From positions 98 through 64,097 of IMG/VR virus record IMGVR_UViG_3300046328_000530: 64,000 bases of DNA; one strand, written 5' to 3'. This document shows, piece by piece, positions 16,927 through 26,701 of this stretch. Source of the stretch: a virus (lineage: Duplodnaviria > Caudoviricetes). Positions within the stretch are counted from its first letter, which is position 1. Every line of letters starts with the position of its first letter. The notes beneath the pieces are model-generated. The model was given only the letters and a program-made list of their open reading frames with translations. It was not told the DNA's origin and did not search any database. Both the position numbers and the translations under genes were made by a program.

Positions 16927-18747
16927 ATGGCTAACGAAAGCAAAACAGAATTATTAGTTTATGACCACTTCAAGAAATTTGAAGACAAAATAACTATTGA
17001 ACCTAAAAAGTCAAGCAATCCTGCTATTGACAAACTTCTGCAAAATGCTTCCAAAAAAGGAAATTTTAAAGGATACCCTGAATATATTATATCATTTAAT
17101 GAATATCCTGACTTATTAATAGTTATAGAATGTAAAGCACATAATATAAAACACCAAAGCAATACTCCTAAATTTGACAAATATGCGGATTATGCTGTAG
17201 ATGGGGCATTACTTTACGCTTCATTTTTACAAAAAGAGTTTAATGTAATAGCAATTGGAATTAGCGGAGAAACAAAAAAAGATTTAAAAATTTCTCATTT
17301 TTTATTCCTAAAGGAACAAAAAAATTATACTACAATATTTGACGATAAACTTTTAGATATTGATAGTTATGTACAAGGCTTCTTAAAAAGTCCTGAAAAA
17401 TTTAAACAAGACTATGATAGTTTAATCAAGTACTCAAAAGAACTAAACGAAGAACTACAAAATAAAAAAGTAAAAGAAAATCAACGTAGTCTTTTAATAA
17501 GTGGTATTATGATAGCACTTGACAACAGAGTTTTTTCTAAAACATATAAAGAACATACAACACCTAAAGACCTTGCAGACAATTTAGTTACTACTGTAAT
17601 TACTCAATTGAAAAATGCTAAAATTGGAGTGAGTAAACTTGAAAATTTGGAAGTTGCTTATTCATTCATTAAAGTTCACAGTGCATTAGCAAATGAAAAT
17701 GGTGTTTTAGTAAATCTTATTAAAAATATTGATGAAAAGGTAAACAGTTTTATCCGTTCTCATAAATACTTTGACGTATTATCTGAATTTTACATTGAAT
17801 TTTTAAGAAAATCAAATAGCGATAAAGGTTTAGGAATTGTGTTAACACCACACCATATCACGGATTTATTCAACGCAATTGCAGGTACAAATAAAGAAAG
17901 TATAGTTTTTGATAACTGTACAGGAACTTCAGGGTTTCTTGTAAGTGCAATGAGAGCAATGTTTAAAGATGCAAAAGGCGACATTACAAGAGAAGATAAT
18001 ATCAAACAAAAACAACTTATAGGAATTGAAGAACAATCAGATATTTATGCTTTGGCTTGTAGCAATATGTATTTGCAAGGAGATGGAAAAAGCAATTTAA
18101 TTTATGGTAGTTGTTTTGAAGATTTACATATTAAAAAAGTAAAAACTTTTAATCCAAATATTGGTTTTCTAAATCCACCATACAAAGCAAATAAAAAGAA
18201 AGACACAGAAGAATTAGAATTTGTATTGAATAATTTAGAATGTTTAGTGCCTAACGGCACTTGCATTGCAATTATTCCAATGCAGTGTGCTTTAGCTCAA
18301 AAAGGCAAAATACTTGAACTAAAGAAAAAAATACTTTCTAAACATACATTAGAAGCAGTAATGAGTATGCCAGATGAATTATTTTTTAATTCAAACGTTG
18401 GAGTAGTTTCTTGTATTATGGTTTTTACAGCTCACAAAGTACACCCGACAAACAAAGAAACATATTTTGGTTATTGGAAAGATGACGGATTTGTAAAACG
18501 TAAAATAAAAGGGCGTTTTGACGCTTTAAATAAGTGGCAAGGAGTTAAAGAAAAATGGATAGAAAGTTATATCAATAAAAAATCTATTGCAGGAATGAGT
18601 GTAATGAAGTCTATTACTGCAAATGATGAATGGTGTGCAGAAGCATATATGGAAACGGATTACAATTCATTGAATGAAATTGATTTTATAAAAACTATCA
18701 AAGATTTTGTATTTACAAACGAACTATACATTAAAAAATGGAATTAG
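16927..18747 (+). CDS. BcgI-like type IIB/IIG restriction-modification fused endonuclease-methyltransferase subunit
   Basis: N-terminal YPE...IECK nuclease motif, LTPHHI, DNCTGTSGFL and FLNPPY; own -7 box TAACTTTG at 16892. Confidence 0.88.
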   Translation: MANESKTELLVYDHFKKFEDKITIEPKKSSNPAIDKLLQNASKKGNFKGYPEYIISFNEYPDLLIVIECKAHNIKHQSNTPKFDKYADYAVDGALLYASFLQKEFNVIAIGISGETKKDLKISHFLFLKEQKNYTTIFDDKLLDIDSYVQGFLKSPEKFKQDYDSLIKYSKELNEELQNKKVKENQRSLLISGIMIALDNRVFSKTYKEHTTPKDLADNLVTTVITQLKNAKIGVSKLENLEVAYSFIKVHSALANENGVLVNLIKNIDEKVNSFIRSHKYFDVLSEFYIEFLRKSNSDKGLGIVLTPHHITDLFNAIAGTNKESIVFDNCTGTSGFLVSAMRAMFKDAKGDITREDNIKQKQLIGIEEQSDIYALACSNMYLQGDGKSNLIYGSCFEDLHIKKVKTFNPNIGFLNPPYKANKKKDTEELEFVLNNLECLVPNGTCIAIIPMQCALAQKGKILELKKKILSKHTLEAVMSMPDELFFNSNVGVVSCIMVFTAHKVHPTNKETYFGYWKDDGFVKRKIKGRFDALNKWQGVKEKWIESYINKKSIAGMSVMKSITANDEWCAEAYMETDYNSLNEIDFIKTIKDFVFTNELYIKKWN

Positions 18748-19700
18748 TCCCAATACATAAACTATTTACTGTAAAGTATGGTGTTAATCTTGAATTAGTA
18801 CACCTTGAGCAATGTTCAAAAGACGATGAAAACTCTATAAATTTTGTTTCACGTACTGAAAACAATAATGGAGTTTCGGCTTTTGTTATAAAATCAGAAG
18901 ATATAACACCCAATCCAAAACATACGATTTCAGTTGCAGGCGGTGGTTCTGTACTTTCTTCCTTTTACCAAGAAGAAGAATATTATAGTGGAAGAGATAT
19001 ATATTATTTAAAACCACTAACTAATTTCTCAAAATTAGAGATGTTATTTTATGCTTTTTGCCTAACAAAAAATAAATACAAATACAATTACGGCAGACAA
19101 GCAAATAAAACTTTAAAAGATATTTTAGTTCCCTCTAAAATGCCAAAATCTTTTGAAAAATTAGACATAAACGAACTTAATACTTTAAATAGAAAAAGCA
19201 CTTTAAATTCTAATATTGAACTTAATCATAATAATTGGGGGTGGTTTTCATTGAGCGACCCAAGATTATTTAAAATATCGGGAACAAAAACAACACCTTT
19301 ATTAGAACTTGAAGAATTTGGAAAAGGAGAAAAACCATTTGTAACAACACAAGCCAGTAATAATGGGATAGGTGGCTTTTTTGACTTCTCAACAGAAACA
19401 GGAAATGTTTTGACAGTTGATAGTGCTGTTATTGGCTATTGTTCATATCAACCTTTAGACTTTTCAGCAAGCGACCACGTTGAAAAATTAACACCCACTT
19501 TTAGACTAAATAAATACATAGCATTGTTTATAGCGACAATTATCAATAAAGAACAATATCGTTATAATTATGGACGTAAAGCAAGTCAAACAAGACTAAA
19601 AAGAGCTAACATAAAACTTCCTGTAAAGCAAAACGGACAACCCGACTTTGAATATATGGAGAACTATATTAAAACATTACCATATTCAAGCACAATATAA
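18738..19700 (+). CDS. restriction-modification specificity (S) subunit with two TRDs
   Basis: Duplicated NNG(V/I) and YNYGR(Q/K)A motifs and PDFEYMENYIK; overlaps the upstream gene. Confidence 0.88.
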   Translation: MELVPIHKLFTVKYGVNLELVHLEQCSKDDENSINFVSRTENNNGVSAFVIKSEDITPNPKHTISVAGGGSVLSSFYQEEEYYSGRDIYYLKPLTNFSKLEMLFYAFCLTKNKYKYNYGRQANKTLKDILVPSKMPKSFEKLDINELNTLNRKSTLNSNIELNHNNWGWFSLSDPRLFKISGTKTTPLLELEEFGKGEKPFVTTQASNNGIGGFFDFSTETGNVLTVDSAVIGYCSYQPLDFSASDHVEKLTPTFRLNKYIALFIATIINKEQYRYNYGRKASQTRLKRANIKLPVKQNGQPDFEYMENYIKTLPYSSTI

Positions 19701-19718
19701 AACAATAAGAAGAAAAAC

Positions 19719-19856
19719 GGCATATAACAGGGGTTTTGCAAAAAAGCGGGTTCAGTGCTAAATTGAACATTTGGAATTCTAATGAACATTTGTGCTAAAC
19801 CGAACATTTGTGCTTTCTAATCCGCTTCTTCGCAAAGCCACGATACGTTATATGCC
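19719..19856 (+). repeat. attC-like hairpin site
   Basis: GGCATATAAC-AGG-GGTTTTGCAAAAAAGCGG ... CCGCTTCTTCGCAAAGCC-ACGATAC-GTTATATGCC. Confidence 0.85.
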
Positions 19857-19921
19857 TTGCTGACCGTTTCCAATTGAAGTTCCTTGAAGGAAAAACAAAA
19901 AGAAAAAAGCCACCGCACTTT

Positions 19922-20665
19922 TTAAAATAGTTTCGTTTGACATAGTTCTAATTCTAATCGTTTCATTGATTTTTCGTAATACTCTTTATTCATTTCTGCA
20001 CCTATAAAGTTTCGTTTCTCTAAAATACAAGCGTGTGCAGTTGTTCCACTTCCCATATAACCATCAAATACCAAATCGTTTTCGTTGCTGAAGGTTTGAA
20101 TAAGGTATCTAATCAAATCAATTGTTTTTTGTGTTGGATGGTCGTTTTCACTTGTTCTATCTCCATTGCTAAAATCAATTACACTTTGCGGAAAATATTG
20201 GTCATCCACTTTAGTTTTTCCTTCATAGCTTCCGTAATTTGTTGTCGCATTACCTTTTTTACTTCCTTTCATTCGCATTTTACCAACAACCATTTGCGGA
20301 TTATAAGTTGGCAGTTTTCTATAAAAAACTAATATCATTTCGTGGTTTCTCATCGGCATTTTGTTAGCGTTTAAAAATCCAGTTCCTAATGCTTTGTACC
20401 AAATCAAATCATATCTGAAATTCTTTTGGTTGCTCAATATCAATTCACTTGCAAATGGTTGTGTAGCAAAAAATATCATTGCTCCATTTTCTTTTGTTAC
20501 TCGCTCCCATTCAGTCCACATTTTAGGTAAATCGGGCTTTATATCCCATTCGTTTTGAGTGCAACCAAAAGGAGTATCTTGCAAAAGCAAATCAATAGTT
20601 CCGCTTTCAATTTCCTGCAACAATTCGTAACAGTCCTGATTATATATTTTATTTATTTCCACCAT
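19922..20665 (-). CDS. DNA methyltransferase (beta class, N6A/N4C)
   Basis: QDTPFG (DPPY variant), HPTQK, DGYMGSGTT. Confidence 0.9.
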   Translation of the reverse strand: MVEINKIYNQDCYELLQEIESGTIDLLLQDTPFGCTQNEWDIKPDLPKMWTEWERVTKENGAMIFFATQPFASELILSNQKNFRYDLIWYKALGTGFLNANKMPMRNHEMILVFYRKLPTYNPQMVVGKMRMKGSKKGNATTNYGSYEGKTKVDDQYFPQSVIDFSNGDRTSENDHPTQKTIDLIRYLIQTFSNENDLVFDGYMGSGTTAHACILEKRNFIGAEMNKEYYEKSMKRLELELCQTKLF

Positions 20666-20733
20666 TCTTTTTTCTTTTTGTTTTTCTGTTTAGTGTTCCA
20701 ATTGGGCTTTGTGCTTAATAGTCCCGCCCGAAC

Positions 20734-20756
20734 GCATATACTCGAACGTTAGGAGA
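20734..20756 (+). repeat. collapsed attC-like site closing the second array
   Basis: GCATATAC-TCGAAC-GTTAGGAG; the left half matches core GTTATATGC at 19847. Confidence 0.55.
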
Positions 20757-20943
20757 TACTTTAAGAAACACTCTGCTTCGATTGAAACAATTCCGACAAC
20801 TTGTAAATAGTATCAGCCATTTGACCAAACTCATTACTTATTTACTAAGTTTTATTTTCGGGTAACATTACCCTCTTTGTATAGAACAATTATACATAAC
20901 TAATGCTATATATAATTGTCATGGGAATGTCATGCTGTGAAAT

Positions 20944-20973
20944 AAAAAAAGCCGTTGTAGCGAGGCTTTTTTT
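20944..20973. terminator. bidirectional intrinsic terminator at the end of the late operon
   Basis: A7-GCC-N10-GGC-T7. Confidence 0.65.
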
Positions 20974-21234
20974 ATGAATAAAGGTTCTAAGCGAAGTTTT
21001 TATGCGAATTATTTTTTTATGCCAAATACTCCCCTTAAAAAATCGACAGACGGATCTCCGCTAACTGGTTCTGAAATTTCTTTAAAGGAATGAAATTTTA
21101 TTTTATCTTTAATAACAGATCGGGCGTGTCCTCTATTGAGTCAGCCTCGACTTCCGTTTTCAGCTTTTTGCCGTAAATCTCAAATAATACTATATACGTT
21201 TTCATATCAACCTGTCCGGTAACAATAATACTAA

Positions 21235-21744
21235 TTACTTTCTAAAATAAAGAAAAACGGCAATAGCTAAAAGAGCAGCCTCTACTATCGCTATTGCCAA
21301 CCAATTTTTATATTTTTTATTCTGGGCATCCCTGTCTGTTTCCGATTTAATTCGCAAATCACGTTCTGCGGATAGTTTTGAATTTAGTTCCGAAACCCGA
21401 GCCGTGTTTTCCCTGTAAACAGTATCAATTCTTGTTTTTTCAGTATAGATAGTTTTCTGATCCGGGCATTTTATGTATCTTATTTTTTGACCTGGTAGTG
21501 TAGGGCATGGCAAACTAACGCCCGCAACCTTCATGGTATCATGAGTAACAACTAACTTCCCGAAAACAACACTATCTTTAAAAGGGAATGCACTTGCGCA
21601 TAGCTTAGCCAGCTTATCATTGTTTTCCCGGAAGAACCTATAAGCCTTATCCTCTCTCTTTTTCGCTGTCATACACGAAGAGAGGATAAGTAAAGTAACA
21701 ATAACCGACACGGCTATTGCTATAAATCTGAAATTGCTTTTCAT
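21235..21744 (-). CDS. putative unimolecular spanin
   Basis: N-terminal lipobox LSS-C plus C-terminal TM helix, in the lysis cluster. Confidence 0.65.
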   Translation of the reverse strand: MKSNFRFIAIAVSVIVTLLILSSCMTAKKREDKAYRFFRENNDKLAKLCASAFPFKDSVVFGKLVVTHDTMKVAGVSLPCPTLPGQKIRYIKCPDQKTIYTEKTRIDTVYRENTARVSELNSKLSAERDLRIKSETDRDAQNKKYKNWLAIAIVEAALLAIAVFLYFRK

Positions 21745-21965
21745 TTTCCGACCTCCTTTAGCCTGTTAAAAAACCTGCGGATAAAATATCCCCTTAAAAA
21801 ACTAACCACAAAAAAAATGAGTGTAATCTTTGCATTCGTGGAATTTGTGACATTAATCCCCAGTATGGGGAATACCATTAACTGCACCAGGTAGGAGCAT
21901 GCAAGCCCGACGGTGGTATTGGCGATGCTTTCCCATAAGCTAAACTTCTTACTTTGATTTCTCAT
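21741..21965 (-). CDS. small two-TM membrane protein
   Basis: ESIANT...FFVVSFLRGYFIRRFFN. Confidence 0.6.
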   Translation of the reverse strand: MRNQSKKFSLWESIANTTVGLACSYLVQLMVFPILGINVTNSTNAKITLIFFVVSFLRGYFIRRFFNRLKEVGK

Positions 21966-22192
21966 GCCTTAACCTCCACGCCAAACATTTTTGAAAAGCC
22001 AAATACCAGCAAGTCTAAGGCTTTAAGATAAACGGCGGCTCTGATTTTAAAATCATCTGTCATCCCGGGATCGGAGGCCAATACAAAGACAGCTACCGAA
22101 GTAATTATTAATGTTCCTCTAAACATCCATTTTGCCCATTCAGGCGTTTTGGTTTTAAGCTGTTTTACGCCAAAATTTGTTTTTTTTCTCAT
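21962..22192 (-). CDS. putative holin
   Basis: 76 aa, two hydrophobic segments, adjacent to the endolysin. Confidence 0.5.
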   Translation of the reverse strand: MRKKTNFGVKQLKTKTPEWAKWMFRGTLIITSVAVFVLASDPGMTDDFKIRAAVYLKALDLLVFGFSKMFGVEVKA

Positions 22193-22635
22193 GATTTTGT
22201 AAAATATAAATTAGCCTCTCTAGTCCTGCGGGCCAGTAATACAATAGGTTTTTTCCACATTTTAAATGCAGCACTTATTGACGGGCTTTCAGGACTTGTG
22301 TTTACTTTTTTTAACAGGGTTGAATTTTTAAAACCTCCTGTACCTATATTAAAGCAGATGCTTACTAATGCATCAAACTGGTTCTGGTTAATATCGTCAC
22401 GGGTGCAAGAATAAACCGCAAGCTCGTAATGCTTCAATAAGTTTCGGAATAAGGCAATAGCCCTGTCTTTGCTTATAAGAGGATCGCTCATCTTAACCTT
22501 TTGCCCGTTTTCGTAGTACGTGCAACCCACGCCAATAGTAGGAATACCAGCCGAACATTTGTAAGGCTTTAAAACCAGCCCCTCTTCTTCTATAAGAAAA
22601 GAGATCCCGTTTTTACTTAGTGTTTTTATTTCCAT
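22189..22635 (-). CDS. endolysin, GH24 phage lysozyme
   Basis: EEGLVLKPYKCSAGIPTIGVG, NQNQFDALVSICFNIG, RRTREANLY. Confidence 0.93.
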   Translation of the reverse strand: MEIKTLSKNGISFLIEEEGLVLKPYKCSAGIPTIGVGCTYYENGQKVKMSDPLISKDRAIALFRNLLKHYELAVYSCTRDDINQNQFDALVSICFNIGTGGFKNSTLLKKVNTSPESPSISAAFKMWKKPIVLLARRTREANLYFTKS

Positions 22636-22934
22636 TATTGTTTATCTTTTTTCCCTTCCAATAGTCCTTTAATTTCCGAAATTGCTCCTATTAGTTGATC
22701 CAGTTTTACCGTTGTCGTATGGTAAGCATGCTCAAGTAAAGTGATCCGCCTGTCATGGTCTTTGATATTTTCGGGAAGTTTCAATTGGTTTAAATCGTTT
22801 ATATCGTCTTCGCTATTCTTTGTCCGCCCGCTTAGGCTTAAAATATTCCATACAACCCACCAGACAAATGCAATAACAGGCAATAGAGAGGTTATTACTA
22901 ACGATATATCTTTTATTGCTTTCATTGATTCCAT
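22635..22934 (-). CDS. TM plus coiled-coil protein (holin/antiholin-like)
   Basis: N-terminal TM helix, directly upstream of the endolysin. Confidence 0.55.
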   Translation of the reverse strand: MESMKAIKDISLVITSLLPVIAFVWWVVWNILSLSGRTKNSEDDINDLNQLKLPENIKDHDRRITLLEHAYHTTTVKLDQLIGAISEIKGLLEGKKDKQ

Positions 22935-23290
22935 TGCTTGATTGCTTTAATTACTAAAAAAAATACCGTTAAATAGGCGCATCCATATAACCATTCTGAA
23001 CGGTTGTAGTCGTACCAGTACATGCAAAAACCAAATAGGTTGAAATATAATACGATGGCTATAATTGACTTTATGAATGATTTTTTAAGAGAAATTAAAA
23101 TGGCCATTAATCTTATCGCCATAATAGCCATGTCAGCATTATCTTTCACATACCACTTAATCGTCTGCTCTTCGCTTGAGGCAAAAAACAGGCTTACCTT
23201 AATGCTTGATGGAGGCACAATCCTGTGTGCCTCCATCAAGCCGAATGATAGCAAAAACAATAGAGCTACTATTATATTTTTTGCTGTCAT
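22922..23290 (-). CDS. multi-pass membrane protein
   Basis: About four hydrophobic segments in 122 aa. Confidence 0.6.
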   Translation of the reverse strand: MTAKNIIVALLFLLSFGLMEAHRIVPPSSIKVSLFFASSEEQTIKWYVKDNADMAIMAIRLMAILISLKKSFIKSIIAIVLYFNLFGFCMYWYDYNRSEWLYGCAYLTVFFLVIKAIKQWNQ

Positions 23291-23292
23291 GA

Positions 23293-23406
23293 TTATGGAT
23301 TATCAGGGCGGTCGCCGGCTGGTGGTTTTGTTCCCTCATCTTCCGAGGCTACCGGAGCTACCACTTCTTCCTGAACTGGTTTTGGATCTGTGTTGTAATT
23401 TCTCAT
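23293..23406 (-). CDS. 37-aa Pro/acidic peptide (not in the ORF track)
   Basis: MRNYNTDPKPVQEEVVAPVASEDEGTKPPAGDRPDNP; A-rich leader; ends 2 nt before the next ATG. Confidence 0.55.
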   Translation of the reverse strand: MRNYNTDPKPVQEEVVAPVASEDEGTKPPAGDRPDNP

Positions 23407-23429
23407 TTTTATTTGGGTTTTAATTGTGA

Positions 23430-26400
23430 CTAATTAGAAGATATATTGGTTATTACACCTGCACTGTTAGTAGTGTAAGTAGTACCAAAATTAATAAATG
23501 TAATGTTTGATGCGGGTACTGTTAAGTTGCTATTCTGATATAAAACTAAACCATTAGTTAAAGAAGAAACGCTATATAAAAAAGTTGTACCACTACCAGG
23601 AATAACCCCTCCGTGAGAAAGTCCGATACCCGGCACATTGGTTTTGTAAGTTGCTGTACCATACAATGTTTTTCCTGAACATTGCTGAAAAGAGACGGGT
23701 ACATTGGTAAGCGCATTCAGTAATCTAATTTCAGCAAGTCCTGTAATGTTACTATTGTTTACTACCCCGTTTAGAGCAATGCCAGTATTATTCACAGAAA
23801 ATGAAACCGAGTAGTATGGAAAATCTACACCTGTCCATACTACGCTAGGTAAACCCTCTATAACACATTGTCCGGTTTGGTTATTAGTTGGTATGGTTAT
23901 ACCGAATGTGATATGCATCATACTTCCTTGCCGTACATAGGTAGCATTGCCAATAATAACCGAGCCAAAATTGGTAGCAGGTGTCCAATTGCCAAAACTT
24001 TCAGTGAAAGGAGTTGCAGGCGTTTGCCACGTAGCAACACCCGAAGCGTTTGAAGTTAATACTTTTCCGTTAGCCGGGCTACCTCCTGTAATTTGCAAAC
24101 CCGCCCCGATTAGATCAGTCCCGGCTGTTACGTTACCGGCCGAACTGACTAAGTTAGTAGCTGATATATATGCTCCGCTAACTTCACCTCCATCTATGGC
24201 TGCAATGTCTCCAAGAGATGTAATAGTACCTTCTATGGATATATTGCTGCCAAATTCAACCTGGCTATTAACACTTTGGGTAGTTTCGGTATTTTTATCC
24301 AAATAGCTTCCACTTAATCCCAACCAGTTTTTAAACCCAGCTGCGCTTGTAAGTTTTAAATTACCTCCAGAACCCCCATTGCGGGTTATAGCAAAATCCA
24401 TATTATCTTCTACAGTATTGAAGTTTGCACTAAAACCGTTTAAAGCGTTAGAATTTGGAACTGTATTCAGCCAGTTTGCAACATTCGTTGAGGTGTAATA
24501 ACTCCACTTGTTAGCAACTCCGTTATACCCCATCATAACATCTAAAGAAGTTTGTGATACTGAGGGATCGTAAAGCTGAGTATTCCATGCAGTTGAATTA
24601 GTAGCGTTACCAATGAATGAGGGTGCAGTAACCGAACCTGACACTCCAACATTTCCTGCGTTATTAACCCCAAAAGCCGCCGTTCCGTCTGATTTTTGTA
24701 TAGTGAAATCTTTAGCCCCATCTAATTTAATTACACCATTTACAGAGTTGTCATAGCTCTGTTGTAATGAAGTAGTTGCCTGTGCGCCCACGGTGGTATA
24801 TTCGCCAAATTTGGATGCGAAAGTAAATCTTGCTTGAGCTACATCTTGCAGATTGCTGGCGTTTTTTGTTAGACTAATAATACCTATTGGAATAGCTTGC
24901 ACTTCTATTGAAGAACCAACTAAACCCAAAACGGGGTTGGATATTAAACTTTCTCTTCCGGCCGCTTGCTTCGCTTCGGAAAGCGAGTTATACCATGTTT
25001 GTCCGTACTGTATGCGAAGCTCACCTTCCACCGTAGCGTACAGGTAATGATTGGCAGCTCTGGTGATTGCTCCTGGTATAGCTGTTACTGTACCAGCTAC
25101 GTCATAAAAACCAGGGTTTAAATCCGTGACGACTGAGCCTAAAGAGCCGGCTGTTTGCGTGATGTACCGAAATGGAAAAGCATTCCCGCCGCCAAATCTT
25201 TTTGAGTTCGGAGTTGATCTATCTGATAAATATCCAGAACCTCTAATTAAAAAATTACCATCTGATATATTTAGCTTTAAATTAGCTGCATTACTGGAAT
25301 ACGATACACCGTTATTGACCGCCCCTATCACGTCTAAAACTTCATGTAATTGATTCGCAACGTTAAGTACAATATCTGGCTCTGGCTCAAACCTGACTAA
25401 ACTACCTGCTGAAATTAAGGCTTTTCCAAGATATAATCTTTCCTTTCTTTCGCTTAATGTCAGTTTATTAATGGTTTGCTGAACAATACCAGCAGCATCA
25501 ATATACAAGTACGCAATATTAGCGCCTGTTGGTGTTAATGTTTGCAAAGCGAAGTTAACGGTTTTATAAGTTGGTGATGCCGGGTTTGTATGCCAGTTTA
25601 CAACGTGGCCTTTCCCGGCATTAATGGTCAATACATTACCTAATATAGAATAACCAGCCCAGTTTACAATACCTGTTGAAGCAGACTCCAGAACTTCTTC
25701 CCCAAGGTTTAATGTTTTTGATGGAGTGCTTGTATAAGCAACTACATCTCCTCCTGCTTCCATGGATGTTAGAGCAATAATATTCTGAGCCGTTAGGTCA
25801 TCAACTAAATTTAAAGACCCTTCTATTTCTTGATAGACCGATCCATCTCCTATTTTTTGAACGTAATTACTTAAATCAGGAGATAAAACAGAGGGAGCTA
25901 CTTTCATAACCTGCCCCGTAGCTATATCTCTGGTAAGAATATCATAGTTTGTTGTAGAAGTAGTTGGTAAGTTAGTAATCTCAATACTTGAACCTTTCAA
26001 AGAACCACTCATAGTAATGTCCCCAGTACCTCTTATATCTCCATTATCCGATAGACTTGAAAATGAAAAACCTTGAGTAGCGGTAATAGTTGTAAGCGAT
26101 TCAATTTCACTAGCCACTAACTTTCCAGTTTCTAATTGTTCTGAAGTTATTTTCTTAGCTACTGATAAATTTCCCCCAGTCACAGTACCTCCTTGGGAGG
26201 TAAAGGCATTAATAGTAACATTTGATCTGTCATAAATTTGATTTCCACCAGGAAAGACATTTCCTCCTAAAAGTTTTGCATAGCTACTCAGAGAGGATAT
26301 ATCTGCTTTTACAGCTAAACCATCTACCACAGCATTAACCGTTGGGTAGTTGCTGGCACTTGGGGTTAAGTTTGTTTGTTTTTGGGATATAGGTTGATAA

Positions 26401-26699
26401 GCAGATAAATCCGGGGAAGTTGCAAAAACTACCCAGTTGCTATTCGCTATCCCGCCCGATAAAACAAATGTGCTATCAGCGGATGAATAGCGTACCATCA
26501 TCCCGGTTTTGCGCCTTGCTGCCGGAATGGCGTTACGGCTTGTTTGGTTAAATGTCGTCATGTATCCACCCATTCCCAAACTATCTAAATGGGTGGGATA
26601 AGAACCGCCAAAAGTGGTGACGTACCCAGCTAATGGCACTTGCGCCTGCGCCGCCGTAAACCCGGCTAATAATAAAATAATATAAAGTATCTTTTTCAT
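23430..26699 (-). CDS. tail-fibre/adhesin-like protein with N-terminal signal peptide
   Basis: 1089 aa, G/S/T-rich mosaic; GKVLTSNASGVATW and a C-terminal GNWTP...ATYVRQG fibre-like domain; begins MKKILYIILLLAGFTAAQA-Q. Confidence 0.7.
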   Translation of the reverse strand: MKKILYIILLLAGFTAAQAQVPLAGYVTTFGGSYPTHLDSLGMGGYMTTFNQTSRNAIPAARRKTGMMVRYSSADSTFVLSGGIANSNWVVFATSPDLSAYQPISQKQTNLTPSASNYPTVNAVVDGLAVKADISSLSSYAKLLGGNVFPGGNQIYDRSNVTINAFTSQGGTVTGGNLSVAKKITSEQLETGKLVASEIESLTTITATQGFSFSSLSDNGDIRGTGDITMSGSLKGSSIEITNLPTTSTTNYDILTRDIATGQVMKVAPSVLSPDLSNYVQKIGDGSVYQEIEGSLNLVDDLTAQNIIALTSMEAGGDVVAYTSTPSKTLNLGEEVLESASTGIVNWAGYSILGNVLTINAGKGHVVNWHTNPASPTYKTVNFALQTLTPTGANIAYLYIDAAGIVQQTINKLTLSERKERLYLGKALISAGSLVRFEPEPDIVLNVANQLHEVLDVIGAVNNGVSYSSNAANLKLNISDGNFLIRGSGYLSDRSTPNSKRFGGGNAFPFRYITQTAGSLGSVVTDLNPGFYDVAGTVTAIPGAITRAANHYLYATVEGELRIQYGQTWYNSLSEAKQAAGRESLISNPVLGLVGSSIEVQAIPIGIISLTKNASNLQDVAQARFTFASKFGEYTTVGAQATTSLQQSYDNSVNGVIKLDGAKDFTIQKSDGTAAFGVNNAGNVGVSGSVTAPSFIGNATNSTAWNTQLYDPSVSQTSLDVMMGYNGVANKWSYYTSTNVANWLNTVPNSNALNGFSANFNTVEDNMDFAITRNGGSGGNLKLTSAAGFKNWLGLSGSYLDKNTETTQSVNSQVEFGSNISIEGTITSLGDIAAIDGGEVSGAYISATNLVSSAGNVTAGTDLIGAGLQITGGSPANGKVLTSNASGVATWQTPATPFTESFGNWTPATNFGSVIIGNATYVRQGSMMHITFGITIPTNNQTGQCVIEGLPSVVWTGVDFPYYSVSFSVNNTGIALNGVVNNSNITGLAEIRLLNALTNVPVSFQQCSGKTLYGTATYKTNVPGIGLSHGGVIPGSGTTFLYSVSSLTNGLVLYQNSNLTVPASNITFINFGTTYTTNSAGVITNISSN

Positions 26700-26701
26700 A
26701 A

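Noticed and set aside
16927-19700. Classical type I R-M system
   Set aside because: There is no HsdR helicase subunit. The nuclease motif is fused to the MTase, which fits a BcgI-like two-subunit enzyme.
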